A program made the translations under genes and the position numbers. Positions 17,731-27,959 of a DNA stretch of 64,000 nucleotides are shown here, in pieces. Source of the DNA: Candidatus Desulfofervidaceae bacterium (GTDB lineage Bacteria; Desulfobacterota; Desulfofervidia; Desulfofervidales; Desulfofervidaceae); contig JAJSZL010000002.1 of the NCBI GenBank assembly GCA_030262855.1, positions 1,234 to 65,233 of the forward strand, given 5' to 3'. How positions within the stretch are numbered: the first letter of the stretch is position 1; every line of letters starts with the position of its first letter. Below the pieces are notes generated by a model. The model was not told where the DNA came from. It searched no databases and worked only from the letters and a program-made list of their open reading frames with translations.

Positions 17731-18948
17731 TCACCCTCTAACCACCTGCCCTAGTTTAAAGATAGGCAGGAAAATGGATAAAAGAATAAATCCGATAACT
17801 CCTCCTAGAATAATAATCATAACCGGTTCAATCATGGTGGTTAAATTTTTGGCAGCCAGTTTTACCTGATCATCATAAAACCGAGCGACTTTTTCTAACA
17901 TCACATCAAGCATACCCGTTTTTTCACCTGTAGAAGTCATCTGTATAATCAATTCTGGAAAGACTTTGTTTTTTTTCAAGGCATCGGCCAAGGAATCTCC
18001 TTGCTCTACAGCAAAAATGGCCTCATTAAGGGCCATCTCTATAACCTTATTTCGAACTATCTCCCGAGCTAGTTTTAAGGCAGCAATGGCAGGGATTCCA
18101 CTTTTTATAAGAATGCTAAAAGAAGCAGCAAAACGGGCTAAAGTAACTTTTTTAATAAGTGGGCCTATCAAAGGTAGCTTAAGTTTAAGCCTATCTAAAA
18201 CCAAACGGACTTTTTTCGTATTCCTCACTATCAAAAACAAGATAACTAAACTTATTGACATTATCAAAAAAATACCTATGTGCTGCTTAAGGCTGTCACT
18301 TATATAAAGCAATATCCGAGTGGGCAAAGGTAAAGGAACCTTAAATCGGGCATAGATTTTTGCAAAGATAGGAACAATCGTAGTCAACATAAAAATTACA
18401 GCGGTAATAGCAAACAAAATAAGAAAAACGGGGTAGGTAAGAGCTGATTTAATTTGTTGTTTCAAACCATGAACATCCTCTAAATACTTGACCAACTGCC
18501 GTAGGGTAATATCCAGATGCCCGCTGGCTTCACCTGTTTTCACCAAATTAATAACCAGGGGAGTAAAAATTTTAGTTTTTGCCAAGGCATCGGCAAATGT
18601 ATCTCCCTGAGATATATTTTGGGTCACCATGTTCAAAATTTTTTTTAAAGACTTTTTTTCTGATTCTTCAGCTAGACTTTTCAGGGCATCAATTAAAGGG
18701 ATACCCGCTTCCAGCATGGCGGCAAGCTGAGAGAATACTACTAATAAATCACTGGTCTTAATTTTATTTTGCAAAAAAAATAGAGAAATTGAAGAGGCAA
18801 AACTTCTACTTGAACTTGGTTTTACCGAAAGGACAGTAAAACCCTGCTTCTGAAAATTTTCAACCAGCTTTTCCCGACTCTCGGCTTCTATTTCTCCTTG
18901 AAGTTTCCTACCGTGGGTATCAACTATCCTGTATGAAAAAAGAGGCAT
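17731..18948 (-). CDS. pilC: type IV pilus platform protein PilC (GspF family)
   Basis: 405 aa with two T2SS-F repeats and three TM segments. Adjacent to the PilB ATPase. Confidence 0.9.
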   Translation of the reverse strand: MPLFSYRIVDTHGRKLQGEIEAESREKLVENFQKQGFTVLSVKPSSSRSFASSISLFFLQNKIKTSDLLVVFSQLAAMLEAGIPLIDALKSLAEESEKKSLKKILNMVTQNISQGDTFADALAKTKIFTPLVINLVKTGEASGHLDITLRQLVKYLEDVHGLKQQIKSALTYPVFLILFAITAVIFMLTTIVPIFAKIYARFKVPLPLPTRILLYISDSLKQHIGIFLIMSISLVILFLIVRNTKKVRLVLDRLKLKLPLIGPLIKKVTLARFAASFSILIKSGIPAIAALKLAREIVRNKVIEMALNEAIFAVEQGDSLADALKKNKVFPELIIQMTSTGEKTGMLDVMLEKVARFYDDQVKLAAKNLTTMIEPVMIIILGGVIGFILLSIFLPIFKLGQVVRG

Positions 18949-20645
18949 TAGACCACTCTCATTACTTCTTCAAAAGTAGTAATACCTTTCATTACCTTTT
19001 TTATTCCACTCTCCTGAAGCGTTTGCATACCTGTTGCTTTGGCTGCTTGACGGAGCTCTTCTAAGGATGCCTGTTTTAAGATAAGCTCTTTTATCCGTGG
19101 AGTTATTTCTAAAAATTCATAAATAGCTGTCCTCCCCAAATACCCCGTGTAACGGCAACGTGGACATCCCCGCCCCCGATAAAGAGTTATCTTTTTTGCC
19201 GTGTCAAGACCCATATATTCCATTATTTCTGGCTGGGGAGTAAAGGCCTCTTTACAGTCAAAACATATTTTCCGAACCAAACGCTGGGCTACAACCAAAT
19301 TCAAAGAGGCACATACCAAAAAAGGTTCTATACCCATATTGACCAAACGGACAACAGTGCTCACCGCATCATTAGCATGAAGCGTACTCAAAACTAAATG
19401 GCCAGTAAGAGCAGACCGCACAGCCATTTCGGCCGTTTCTAAGTCTCTAATCTCTCCTACCAAGATAATATCTGGGTCCTGACGTAAAATAGTCCGTAAG
19501 CCAGCAGCAAAAGTGAGTCCAATTTTGGGATTGATTTGAACTTGCTCTACGTCCTTTAGCTGATACTCCACCGGGTCCTCTAAAGTAATAATATTTTTTT
19601 CTGGAGATTTGATGAAATTGATAGCTGCATACAGGGTGGTGGTTTTACCACTTCCCGTGGGTCCCGTGAGGAGAATCATTCCATAAGAACGTTTAATCCA
19701 TTTTTTAAATATTTCTACATCTCTTTCATCAAACCCTACTTCTTCCAGTCCTAGAAGTTTATCCTTTTCCAACAAACGAATAACTATCTTCTCTCCAAAA
19801 ATGGTAGGCAAGCTAGAAACCCGCAAATCTACATTTCTGTGTTCATATTCAACAGTAAAACGCCCATCCTGCGGTAACCTTCGTTCCGCAATATCCATAC
19901 CTGCCAAAATTTTAATGCGGGAAATGATAGCATGTTGGACCTCTTTGGGAGGCGAAAGAATTTCATGCAAAACACCATCAATCCGAAACCGAACACTCAT
20001 TCTGTCTTCCCGTGGGGCAATATGAATATCACTCGCCCGCTCCCTGATGGCATTAAAAATTAGCTGATTGACAAATTTTACAACTGGAGCCTTCTCAACC
20101 TGTTCTTTTATAACCTCCAGATTAAGTTCTCCCTCACCTTTTTCCTTGTCTCTCTCTTGCTGGAGTTGAAATAAACCTTCAAGGGCATCAGAAACACTTG
20201 CTTCTTCAGTATAAAAATGAGCAATGACCTGCTTGATCTTTGTCTCAGGGGCAATGTAGGGTATAATTCTTAATTTAGTGATATTTTCAAGGGCTTCAAT
20301 TGCAGTCAAATCAAGCGGGTCAGCCATGACTACATGAAGATGGTCGTCTTCTTTTTTTAACGGAAGGACTACATATCGCTCTGCTAATTCCTTAGGAATC
20401 AAGCGAAAGGTATCTTTATTAACCTTAACTTCTGACAAATCACAATAAGGAATATGAAGCTGGCGACTAAGCACTTTGGCTATATCCTCTTCTTGTAACC
20501 AGCCTAGCTGAGTCAAAACAGCACCCAACCTCTCACCAGTTAATCGCTGACGTTTTAGAGCCCTCTCCAACTGGAGAGAAGTAATCAAACCCTCTTTAAC
20601 TAAAATATCTCCTAACTTTTCTGCACTTAAACGGTATTTTTTCAT
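18948..20645 (-). CDS. pilB: type IV pilus assembly ATPase PilB (GspE family) with an N-terminal MshEN-type domain
   Basis: 565 aa with Walker A GPTGSGKTT, Asp/His boxes and the tetracysteine CFDC...CPRC. The N-terminus carries two 24-residue RLGxxL..G..motifs. Confidence 0.93.
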   Translation of the reverse strand: MKKYRLSAEKLGDILVKEGLITSLQLERALKRQRLTGERLGAVLTQLGWLQEEDIAKVLSRQLHIPYCDLSEVKVNKDTFRLIPKELAERYVVLPLKKEDDHLHVVMADPLDLTAIEALENITKLRIIPYIAPETKIKQVIAHFYTEEASVSDALEGLFQLQQERDKEKGEGELNLEVIKEQVEKAPVVKFVNQLIFNAIRERASDIHIAPREDRMSVRFRIDGVLHEILSPPKEVQHAIISRIKILAGMDIAERRLPQDGRFTVEYEHRNVDLRVSSLPTIFGEKIVIRLLEKDKLLGLEEVGFDERDVEIFKKWIKRSYGMILLTGPTGSGKTTTLYAAINFIKSPEKNIITLEDPVEYQLKDVEQVQINPKIGLTFAAGLRTILRQDPDIILVGEIRDLETAEMAVRSALTGHLVLSTLHANDAVSTVVRLVNMGIEPFLVCASLNLVVAQRLVRKICFDCKEAFTPQPEIMEYMGLDTAKKITLYRGRGCPRCRYTGYLGRTAIYEFLEITPRIKELILKQASLEELRQAAKATGMQTLQESGIKKVMKGITTFEEVMRVV

Positions 20646-20799
20646 GATATTTTTACATTAATTTCATTAAGTATTTGGCCAAAAGGCCATGAGCCCTTTG
20701 CCCTATATACTTTCCCACTGTTCTACGTGCTACATTTTAACTTTGAACATTAGATATTTTAACCTATTTACACATTTACACTTTGACGCCTCTTCACAT

Positions 20800-22665
20800 T
20801 TACTCTCTCAATATTCTAGGCGTAATAAAAATGAGTAACTCCTCATTGCTCTCCAATTTATGCTTACCCCGGAAAAAGTAACCAAATAATGGAATTTTTC
20901 TAAACCAAGGCACAGATTTTTCTTCTTTAGTCCGATTTTCCTTATATAATCCCCCTATAACTACCGTCTCTCCATTTTTCACTAGCAAGGTGGTTTTAGC
21001 TTTCTTTTTGATGATTGTAGGAGCACCCAGGACGGTTTTGGTAAAATCGGCCTCTTCTTTAGAAGCCAAAATATCCATTTTAATCAGACCTGGTGAAACA
21101 ATATGAGGTTTAATTTTTAAACTCAACAAGGCATCAATCCAGGATAAAGTGGGATAGGCCTCCGTCGTCCCAGGAAAGGGTACGAGCTCTTGATAAGGAA
21201 TACGACGGCCGCTTTCTATTACTGCTTCTTTATTATCCATAGTGGCAATTCTGGGGCTGGAAAGGATCTTCACTCTTCCCTGGGATTCCAGGGCAAGTAA
21301 TTTTGCCTCAATATCAAAAGGAGCTCCAGACAGTTTACTAAAGGTCAAACCAAGCCCTCCCGTGGGAGTGCTTTGCGTTGGGAGAGGAATATTAACAATG
21401 GTATTTTCCGCCTCCCCGGAAACTTTTACTGAACCTATTTGCCCTGTAGCTCCCCACTGAATACCCAATTCTTTTTCATAGTCCTCACTCATCTCAACAA
21501 TCCGAGCTTCTATCATGACCTGAGGAATTTTTACATCTAGTTGTTTAATCAGTGCTACTATCTGACGCACATTTTCTTCTACATCGCAAATAATAAGGGC
21601 ATTCTTATCTTTATTCACCTGAATAAAACCATAAGGCTTTCCCTCTAGGTCTCGAGTAAGGTAGGGTTCCAAATTTTTTTTCAATTCTTCTATATCTAAA
21701 TAGTAAACTGGTTGCATCCAGGTCACCAAGGGTTGAGTTATCTTCTGGGCTACCTTTAATTTAGTTCTCAGCTCTACCTTTAGTCTGGCCTCCTGTTCTT
21801 GTTCTTCTAGCTCCATCTTTTTTACTTCTGCCTCTATTCGTCGTAAATTTAGCTCTTTCTTTTTTTCTTTTTCGTAAGTTTCACTTGTAATTACTCGAAT
21901 TAGGTTGTCCATTTGGGTGGCCACTAAACCATGGGAATCTAAAATAGATTGAAAGGCCTTGTCCCAGGGCACATCCACCAAGTGAATTGAGACCCTTCCT
22001 TTCACTTTAGGGCCAAAAATAATATTCAAGCCCGCTTCCTCTGCCATCCACTTTAATATCATCTTTAAATCCGCCTGCTCAAAGTCTAAAGAAACAGGAG
22101 TGCGAGGATAAGCTCTTGTCTTCTTGGATAAAGCAGGCTTAGATGGAGGTTCTTTTCTTTTAGGCAAAGCCTTTTGTTTAACTGGTCCCGGTGTTAAAAC
22201 CCGAGGGGTAATTATAGGAGTAAATACCACCGTTAATCCATTATCTTTAAAATATACATCACGGTGAAGCACTGTTTTTAAGTAAGCCACTAATTGAACC
22301 ATATTATCCTGAGGGAAGGAAATTACCTCAATATTTTTAATACCCCAATTATCTACTTCTAAAGATTTAACTCCTGGACTTAATTCTGCCCCAGGAATTT
22401 CTATGATTAAGCGTAATGGATTTAATAATTCATACACAGTGTAGGTTAAAGGCGCAGTAGAATGAATTGTCCAGAGTATCTTTCTCCCCTTTTCACTATC
22501 CACTTTTATGGATGTAATCCGCGCTTTTTTAGGAGATTGAAGTGATGCTGATGATGGAATAACTGCCTGTTTTGGAGCACAACTTATGAATATACAAAAG
22601 ATAACTCCTAAAAACTTAATTAGATATTTTTTGCCAAGTTTCTTGCACAATTTTCCACTCCCCAT
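20800..22665 (-). CDS. pilQ: type IV pilus secretin PilQ
   Basis: 621 aa with a lipoprotein-like signal (FISC), an AMIN-like N-terminal region, a long K/E coiled linker and a C-terminal secretin domain (VVIGGLYKE...VPWFRKIPLFGYFF). The start may be internal, since it overlaps the upstream gene by 50 nt. Confidence 0.88.
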   Translation of the reverse strand: MGSGKLCKKLGKKYLIKFLGVIFCIFISCAPKQAVIPSSASLQSPKKARITSIKVDSEKGRKILWTIHSTAPLTYTVYELLNPLRLIIEIPGAELSPGVKSLEVDNWGIKNIEVISFPQDNMVQLVAYLKTVLHRDVYFKDNGLTVVFTPIITPRVLTPGPVKQKALPKRKEPPSKPALSKKTRAYPRTPVSLDFEQADLKMILKWMAEEAGLNIIFGPKVKGRVSIHLVDVPWDKAFQSILDSHGLVATQMDNLIRVITSETYEKEKKKELNLRRIEAEVKKMELEEQEQEARLKVELRTKLKVAQKITQPLVTWMQPVYYLDIEELKKNLEPYLTRDLEGKPYGFIQVNKDKNALIICDVEENVRQIVALIKQLDVKIPQVMIEARIVEMSEDYEKELGIQWGATGQIGSVKVSGEAENTIVNIPLPTQSTPTGGLGLTFSKLSGAPFDIEAKLLALESQGRVKILSSPRIATMDNKEAVIESGRRIPYQELVPFPGTTEAYPTLSWIDALLSLKIKPHIVSPGLIKMDILASKEEADFTKTVLGAPTIIKKKAKTTLLVKNGETVVIGGLYKENRTKEEKSVPWFRKIPLFGYFFRGKHKLESNEELLIFITPRILRE

Positions 22666-23824
22666 TTTCCTTTTTTAAACATAAAGTCTTTAACCCTACA
22701 TCTTTATACTGTTCAGTCTGAAAATATTGTTTAAAGGATAGAACAACCCTTTCTCTTTGCTTAGAAAATTGAACATCTTTTAGCTCTAACTTAATCCTCT
22801 GGTAGCGATTAAACAATCCTTTTTTATATCTTCGCCAGGCTTTCCAATCCATTCCCTGATGAGAAAACTGAGATGAGTAACAACTCATATAATTCTCCAG
22901 GTCTTTATTCTCCCAGGTTTTTTCCCAAAAATTAAGAAAGGTCTCTATTTCTTTAGGCAATATCTTCTGCCTTTTTACAATAGTTGCAGTCCCTGGGCGT
23001 AACACAACATACCTTCCATCTTGGGCTAGGATTACCCGGTCTTCTCTGATAAAAGATACTTTATATCCTTTAATAATATCGCCTTCTTTGACAATTTGGT
23101 CATTGATCATGGCTTTATACACATTTTTAAATCGCATAATACCATGAAGGCGGAAAAGTGTCTTTCTACCCGAGGTCGCAGTTTTGGCTCTTGTTGTTAA
23201 AACCGAGGCAGAAAATGGATTGCGCTTTACCCGAGGTAAAGAAGGAGAAGAAAAATTAACTTTTACCTTGGAAAACGTTTGGCCTTTCATCTCAATACTG
23301 CTTAAAACCATTTTAACTTTAGGAAATCTTTGGTCCTTACTTTTTATGATGTTTAAAGTTTCAATGTTAAGGCCTAATGTATATTCTATGTCTTTGATAA
23401 ACCTCAACAATTGAGCATAAGGCGCTTCTGTTTCTAAGACGAATAAAAACTTGGTATAATAAAGATTTTCTTCCTGGGGTAAGAGTTTGACCTGCAACAC
23501 TTTGACTCCTTTAGCACTACTTAACTCAGCTATTTTTTGCAGGAAAAAAGAAGTCTGCTCATGCGATGGAACTTCATGGAGTTGGAAAAAGTTAATCCGA
23601 GCAATTCTTCCCTGCGAAAGGAGCCCTCTTTCTCTTTCAATTTCTTCTTTTATCTCGTTAATCCTTTCACGTAATTGCAAATTGTTTTTAGTCAATTGAG
23701 CCAGTTCACTTTTTTTATGCACTATAAAACCGTAAAAAGCCCCATTGCCGAGCAAAAGGGAAGCAAACAAAAGAAAAAAACAAATATTCCTTTTACGACC
23801 GGACATATTCTCCTGCCAATTCAA
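22616..23824 (-). CDS. PilO/PilP-like pilus alignment protein fused to a C-terminal ~105-aa NTF2/SnoaL-like module
   Basis: N-terminal TM plus coiled coil (PilO-like). A central beta-region LHGIMRFKNVYKAMINDQIVKEGDIIKGYKVSFIREDRVIL is PilP/GspC-like. The C-terminal FLNFWEKTWENKD...CYSSQF...WKIVQETW is paralogous to the C-termini of the ORFs at 26443 and 27960. Confidence 0.65.
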   Translation of the reverse strand: MNWQENMSGRKRNICFFLLFASLLLGNGAFYGFIVHKKSELAQLTKNNLQLRERINEIKEEIERERGLLSQGRIARINFFQLHEVPSHEQTSFFLQKIAELSSAKGVKVLQVKLLPQEENLYYTKFLFVLETEAPYAQLLRFIKDIEYTLGLNIETLNIIKSKDQRFPKVKMVLSSIEMKGQTFSKVKVNFSSPSLPRVKRNPFSASVLTTRAKTATSGRKTLFRLHGIMRFKNVYKAMINDQIVKEGDIIKGYKVSFIREDRVILAQDGRYVVLRPGTATIVKRQKILPKEIETFLNFWEKTWENKDLENYMSCYSSQFSHQGMDWKAWRRYKKGLFNRYQRIKLELKDVQFSKQRERVVLSFKQYFQTEQYKDVGLKTLCLKKENGEWKIVQETWQKISN

Positions 23825-24365
23825 ACATAAATTTATTAGAAGTATGTGGCACTGGCTGAATGCTCCTCAATTCTATCGGTTGAATACCCTGTAAAAACCT
23901 GTCTTCATTATTCAAGCGCCGGATTAAAACGCCCACCGCGTCTGCTGGGTCTTTTCGAGATGAACTCACAACTACACCCTTGATAATCAAAAATCGGGAA
24001 GTAGTCTGCTTTTGTTTATTTTCCTCAACACCTATCTCTGTTAAATAAACTTCAGGGGGTAAGGCCTCCGCCAAAAGAGTAAGTTTCTCTGTCCAGTTAA
24101 ATCTCCCTGCCGCCAAAGCATCTACCACCTCTTTCAAATTAGGAATACGCTCTTTTTCCATAGCACGTAGCTTGACCGTAAGCCGATAGTGTTCATTTCT
24201 GGCCCGCCAGAGTTTACTTTGAAGAGGCATATAGAAACCAAAAAACAGATAAATAGCTTCTACAATCACTACACATAGAAAAGCCGGAATTAGAAAAGAA
24301 GTTTTCGTGAATATTGAAAAATTGCCTTTTTCTCTTGTCAGATTTATCCGATATTTAGTTCCCAT
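23793..24365 (-). CDS. pilN: PilN-like fimbrial assembly protein
   Basis: 190 aa with N-terminal YRINLTRE (the INLL-type PilM-binding peptide) followed by a single TM. Sits directly downstream of pilM. Confidence 0.7.
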   Translation of the reverse strand: MGTKYRINLTREKGNFSIFTKTSFLIPAFLCVVIVEAIYLFFGFYMPLQSKLWRARNEHYRLTVKLRAMEKERIPNLKEVVDALAAGRFNWTEKLTLLAEALPPEVYLTEIGVEENKQKQTTSRFLIIKGVVVSSSRKDPADAVGVLIRRLNNEDRFLQGIQPIELRSIQPVPHTSNKFMFELAGEYVRS

Positions 24366-24366
24366 C

Positions 24367-25413
24367 TTACCTCAATGCCAGCCCTACCGCTATAGCTAAA
24401 CGGGGGGAGTTCTCTTCCACTAATTTTCCATCTAAAAGCGTTTTGTCAACTTGAATATTGTGCCACGGATTAAAAACCTCCACGGGCAACCCTACTTCTT
24501 GTTCAAGATATCCCTTTAAATCAGTATGCCCGTAACAACCACTTAAGACAATCCTGGCGAAACCATTGGGTTTATATTGATCCTCATAATAAGTAAGGGC
24601 ACGTTTGATCTCAAACAAAACACTATTCCAGGCGTTAAGGTCTTTTAACACCTCTTTAGACACAGGTGGTAATGATAAATACCGATTAAATAACGTTCCT
24701 CCCTCTGTATAGATATTAATCATCCCAAGTCTGTCTTCCAAATTTAAAAGCACTATTGTTTCATTTGGGGCAATAGGATAGTTAGCCAGATATGCATTCA
24801 TAAGAGCCAAGGGAGCCACATCGGTAATGTGTAATTTTAATTTGGCACCATAGCACGCATTAAGCAATTTATCTACTATTCCCCTGGGAACAGCTACCAA
24901 CAATATATCACTCACACCTTCTCTCCGTCCCAAAACCTGAAAATCAAAGGTCACAGAGTCCATTTCATATGGAATATGGCGTTTTGCTTCCCAAAAAATA
25001 GCTTCTTTCATTTCCTTCCGGGACAGACCAGGCATCCTAATCTGTCTTATGACCAGACTGGGATTATTTATTCCTACCACCAGTTTATATCTCCCGGTAA
25101 TACCTTCCATTATAGTCTTAATTCCAGTCAAGTAATTGCCTTTTTTGTATTTGACAATTCGGAAACCCAAAAGACGAGACCGGGTAATATTCGTCTCCAA
25201 ACTTACTAATATACAATAACTCTCCGCTATCTCTAAACCTACCTTTACCTGACTTAAAGGGAAAGGACTTTTTCTATCTAAAAAAAGCGAAGATATTTTT
25301 TCCTTTAATGCTACATCATCAAATAACTCTCTCTTAGGAGTTTCTTGCCGAATTACCTCAAGGAGTCTAGCCGTTGCAGCCAAATCTTTTTCTTTTTTAT
25401 CTTTATCTCCCAT
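24367..25413 (-). CDS. pilM: type IV pilus assembly protein PilM (actin-like ATPase fold)
   Basis: 348 aa of PilM size and position, at the head of pilMNO(P)Q. Contains ASKHA-like segments. Confidence 0.8.
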   Translation of the reverse strand: MGDKDKKEKDLAATARLLEVIRQETPKRELFDDVALKEKISSLFLDRKSPFPLSQVKVGLEIAESYCILVSLETNITRSRLLGFRIVKYKKGNYLTGIKTIMEGITGRYKLVVGINNPSLVIRQIRMPGLSRKEMKEAIFWEAKRHIPYEMDSVTFDFQVLGRREGVSDILLVAVPRGIVDKLLNACYGAKLKLHITDVAPLALMNAYLANYPIAPNETIVLLNLEDRLGMINIYTEGGTLFNRYLSLPPVSKEVLKDLNAWNSVLFEIKRALTYYEDQYKPNGFARIVLSGCYGHTDLKGYLEQEVGLPVEVFNPWHNIQVDKTLLDGKLVEENSPRLAIAVGLALR

Positions 25414-25424
25414 TTAACTAACCT

Positions 25425-26321
25425 TTATTTCTGACTCCAAAAATTCATAAAAGGAAAGTGCTTCTTCCCTCTATTGATCCACCTATAAAGAACTCCTTGT
25501 GTCTGTTCTTCTAAAGATTTTACTACGTAACCCACAACTTCTTTATCTACAACCTCTTTTCCTTTAATTAACATAGTAATTAAGGCATGGTGACATAAGG
25601 TAATTATTTTTCTTGGTTTTCCCTGGCTGTAGCGATGAATTTTTTTGAATGCCCCTTTGGTAAACAACTTTTTTCCAGGAGGTAGACCCGCTTTTAACAG
25701 CCGGTATCTAATCATCTCTTCTGTCTCGGTCAAATTAAATGGCTTTAAAGTATAGATAAAATTAGCTCTATCTATAAAATTCTCCAACTTTCTGAGCTTT
25801 TGGAGCAATTCAAGTTGGGCAAAGATAATTATTTGTAATAGTTTACACTCATTTGTTTCATAGTTAAGAAGGTTACGCAAAATTTCTAGAGAATGCATAT
25901 TTAAATTCTGACCTTCATCAATAAAAAGAATCACAATTTTACCTTCATTGACCCCCTTTTGAAATAAATAATGCTGAAGGGCTTCTTTTTGAGAAGACCA
26001 CGAGGGATTATGGCTGTTAATCCCAAAGATATGAAGCAAGTGCCCAAGAAACTCAGCAGGGGTTTTAAAAATAGGGTCTAAAATGAGATGAAATAAAAAG
26101 CGCTCGTTCTCTCTAGAAAACTGCTGAATCAGCAAACGACTAAGGGTTGTTTTTCCTGTGCCCACATCTCCTAAAATTAAATTCAACCCACGCTTGAGAC
26201 GCAAGGATATTTCCAAGTGATATACACATTCTTTTAAATGGGGAGATAAATAAAAAAACTCTGGATTAGGAGAATTGGAAAAAGGCTCCTTTTCTAACCC
26301 TAACAATCTGTAATAGCCCAT
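25425..26321 (-). CDS. ExeA/GspA-like AAA ATPase
   Basis: 298 aa with Walker A GDVGTGKTT and Walker B ILFIDEGQ. The overall ExeA-like layout lacks a peptidoglycan-binding domain. Confidence 0.75.
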   Translation of the reverse strand: MGYYRLLGLEKEPFSNSPNPEFFYLSPHLKECVYHLEISLRLKRGLNLILGDVGTGKTTLSRLLIQQFSRENERFLFHLILDPIFKTPAEFLGHLLHIFGINSHNPSWSSQKEALQHYLFQKGVNEGKIVILFIDEGQNLNMHSLEILRNLLNYETNECKLLQIIIFAQLELLQKLRKLENFIDRANFIYTLKPFNLTETEEMIRYRLLKAGLPPGKKLFTKGAFKKIHRYSQGKPRKIITLCHHALITMLIKGKEVVDKEVVGYVVKSLEEQTQGVLYRWINRGKKHFPFMNFWSQK

Positions 26322-26442
26322 ACACTATTGATAGCACAAAGTAAAGTATGAGCACAAGTTTTTTATAAAGTAGAAATTGTGGAAATGAACTCCTCAATGT
26401 GGAGTAATAGAAAAAATTGTTACATCACCAATTTATCTTAAT

Positions 26443-27876
26443 TTATAAAGGTTCCCAATTTTCCAACAAAATGTGCCAACCAGAATTTTCCCCTTTTTTT
26501 ACCAGAAATAGTGTTTTAAAACCCTCATCTTGATAATTTTCTGATTTATATTTTTGCAAAAATCTTGTCATCACCACCTGACCTAAGTAGGGGTAGCAAT
26601 TGTAAAAATAAATCTCTATGTTATTAAAGCTAACCCGGATATTCTTCCGCCTTTTAGCCAGGTGGCGTTTATGTTCAAGCCAGCTTTTTAAAGTATAACC
26701 CCCAGTGTGAAACTTAGGATGATAACAACTTCCATAGGTATCAAAATCTTTATTCTCCCAGGCCTTCTTCCAGCGTTTTAAAAAAGCATTAATTTCCTTA
26801 CGCCATTTTTGATTTTCCTGAGGACTAATCCATTTAATTTCTTTAGTGATTACTAAAGGTGTCTCATCAAGCCGAATAGCGTGAGAGAGCTCAAGTAAAT
26901 CAGCATTGGTCATCACTATACATCCTCGTGTAGCTTGGGGCAACCAGGGCTTGAAATCATGATTGGTTCCATGTAACCAGATACCATGGCCATCTTTCCC
27001 TAAGAATCGGTCAAACAAATTGGGATAATCCAACACAAAGGCCATATTCCCATAATCATCCCCAAATTTTTTGAGGTCTGTCCCCTCAATCAATCTTTTC
27101 AGAAAATATACCCCTTCAGGTGTATTGTTATCTCCCTCTTTAAACTTATCAAAATGATTTTTCCCCGTTGTGCAGGGGAAAACCTGCTTTAACTGCATTC
27201 CTTTTGGGGTAATAGTGTAAAAAAGCAAGCGCTGTTTTTCCTTATCTACAAGCAAACACACCTTTCCTGGAGGTAAGGCAATTATATTTAACGGAATTTT
27301 ACCTAAGGGAATTTCTAAGAAACCCTCTTCCCAAGAAAACCTCTTTAAAAGCTCCTCCATATACGATGTCTTTATCTTCCCATTTCTTGTCTCTCGCTGC
27401 ATAAGTTCTTCCACTACTTGTTTTGCTTCTTTATACTCACCTCTAGCCTCATGCAGCAGGGCCAGATCTAAAGCTGCATTGGTATAAAGCGGGTCATACT
27501 CAAGGGCCTTTTTAAAACAGTTCAAAGCCATCTCTTGGTCTTTCAACAACCACTCTACCTTACCTAAATAATAAAGAGCAATAGGGTCATTAGGATTAAT
27601 TTCTAGCAGCTGTCTTATCTTTTTTAGATCTTCTGCCGAACCAGTCTTCCATAATTCCTTCACAGCCATGAATAGATATATTCGGGCCAGAGCCCGATTA
27701 ATCTCTTTTGAAGCCGGCCTTTTGCGAGAAATCTCTACTAAATAATCTCTAGCCTTATCAAAACATCCATTTTTTAAATATTGCTCCACTAAAGGAGGAA
27801 GCTCCTCTGCCTTTACATGTGGAATCCAGCTTAATCCAAAAACCAATCCCAATATTATAATCGCTTTTGCTCGCAT
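26443..27876 (-). CDS. secreted TPR + YkuD L,D-transpeptidase + C-terminal NTF2/SnoaL-like module
   Basis: Signal peptide, then TPR repeats. YkuD catalytic motif HGIWLHGTNH...ATRGCIVM. The C-terminal FLKRWKKAWENKDFDTYGSCYHPKF...WHILLENW is paralogous to the ORFs at 22616 and 27960. Confidence 0.8.
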   Translation of the reverse strand: MRAKAIIILGLVFGLSWIPHVKAEELPPLVEQYLKNGCFDKARDYLVEISRKRPASKEINRALARIYLFMAVKELWKTGSAEDLKKIRQLLEINPNDPIALYYLGKVEWLLKDQEMALNCFKKALEYDPLYTNAALDLALLHEARGEYKEAKQVVEELMQRETRNGKIKTSYMEELLKRFSWEEGFLEIPLGKIPLNIIALPPGKVCLLVDKEKQRLLFYTITPKGMQLKQVFPCTTGKNHFDKFKEGDNNTPEGVYFLKRLIEGTDLKKFGDDYGNMAFVLDYPNLFDRFLGKDGHGIWLHGTNHDFKPWLPQATRGCIVMTNADLLELSHAIRLDETPLVITKEIKWISPQENQKWRKEINAFLKRWKKAWENKDFDTYGSCYHPKFHTGGYTLKSWLEHKRHLAKRRKNIRVSFNNIEIYFYNCYPYLGQVVMTRFLQKYKSENYQDEGFKTLFLVKKGENSGWHILLENWEPL

Positions 27877-27959
27877 TCTTATGTTCCTATTTTTGAACTA
27901 TAATATCTATAGGTTTTGAGGGAATTAGTCAATATAAGCTTTTTACCAGTCACTATTTA

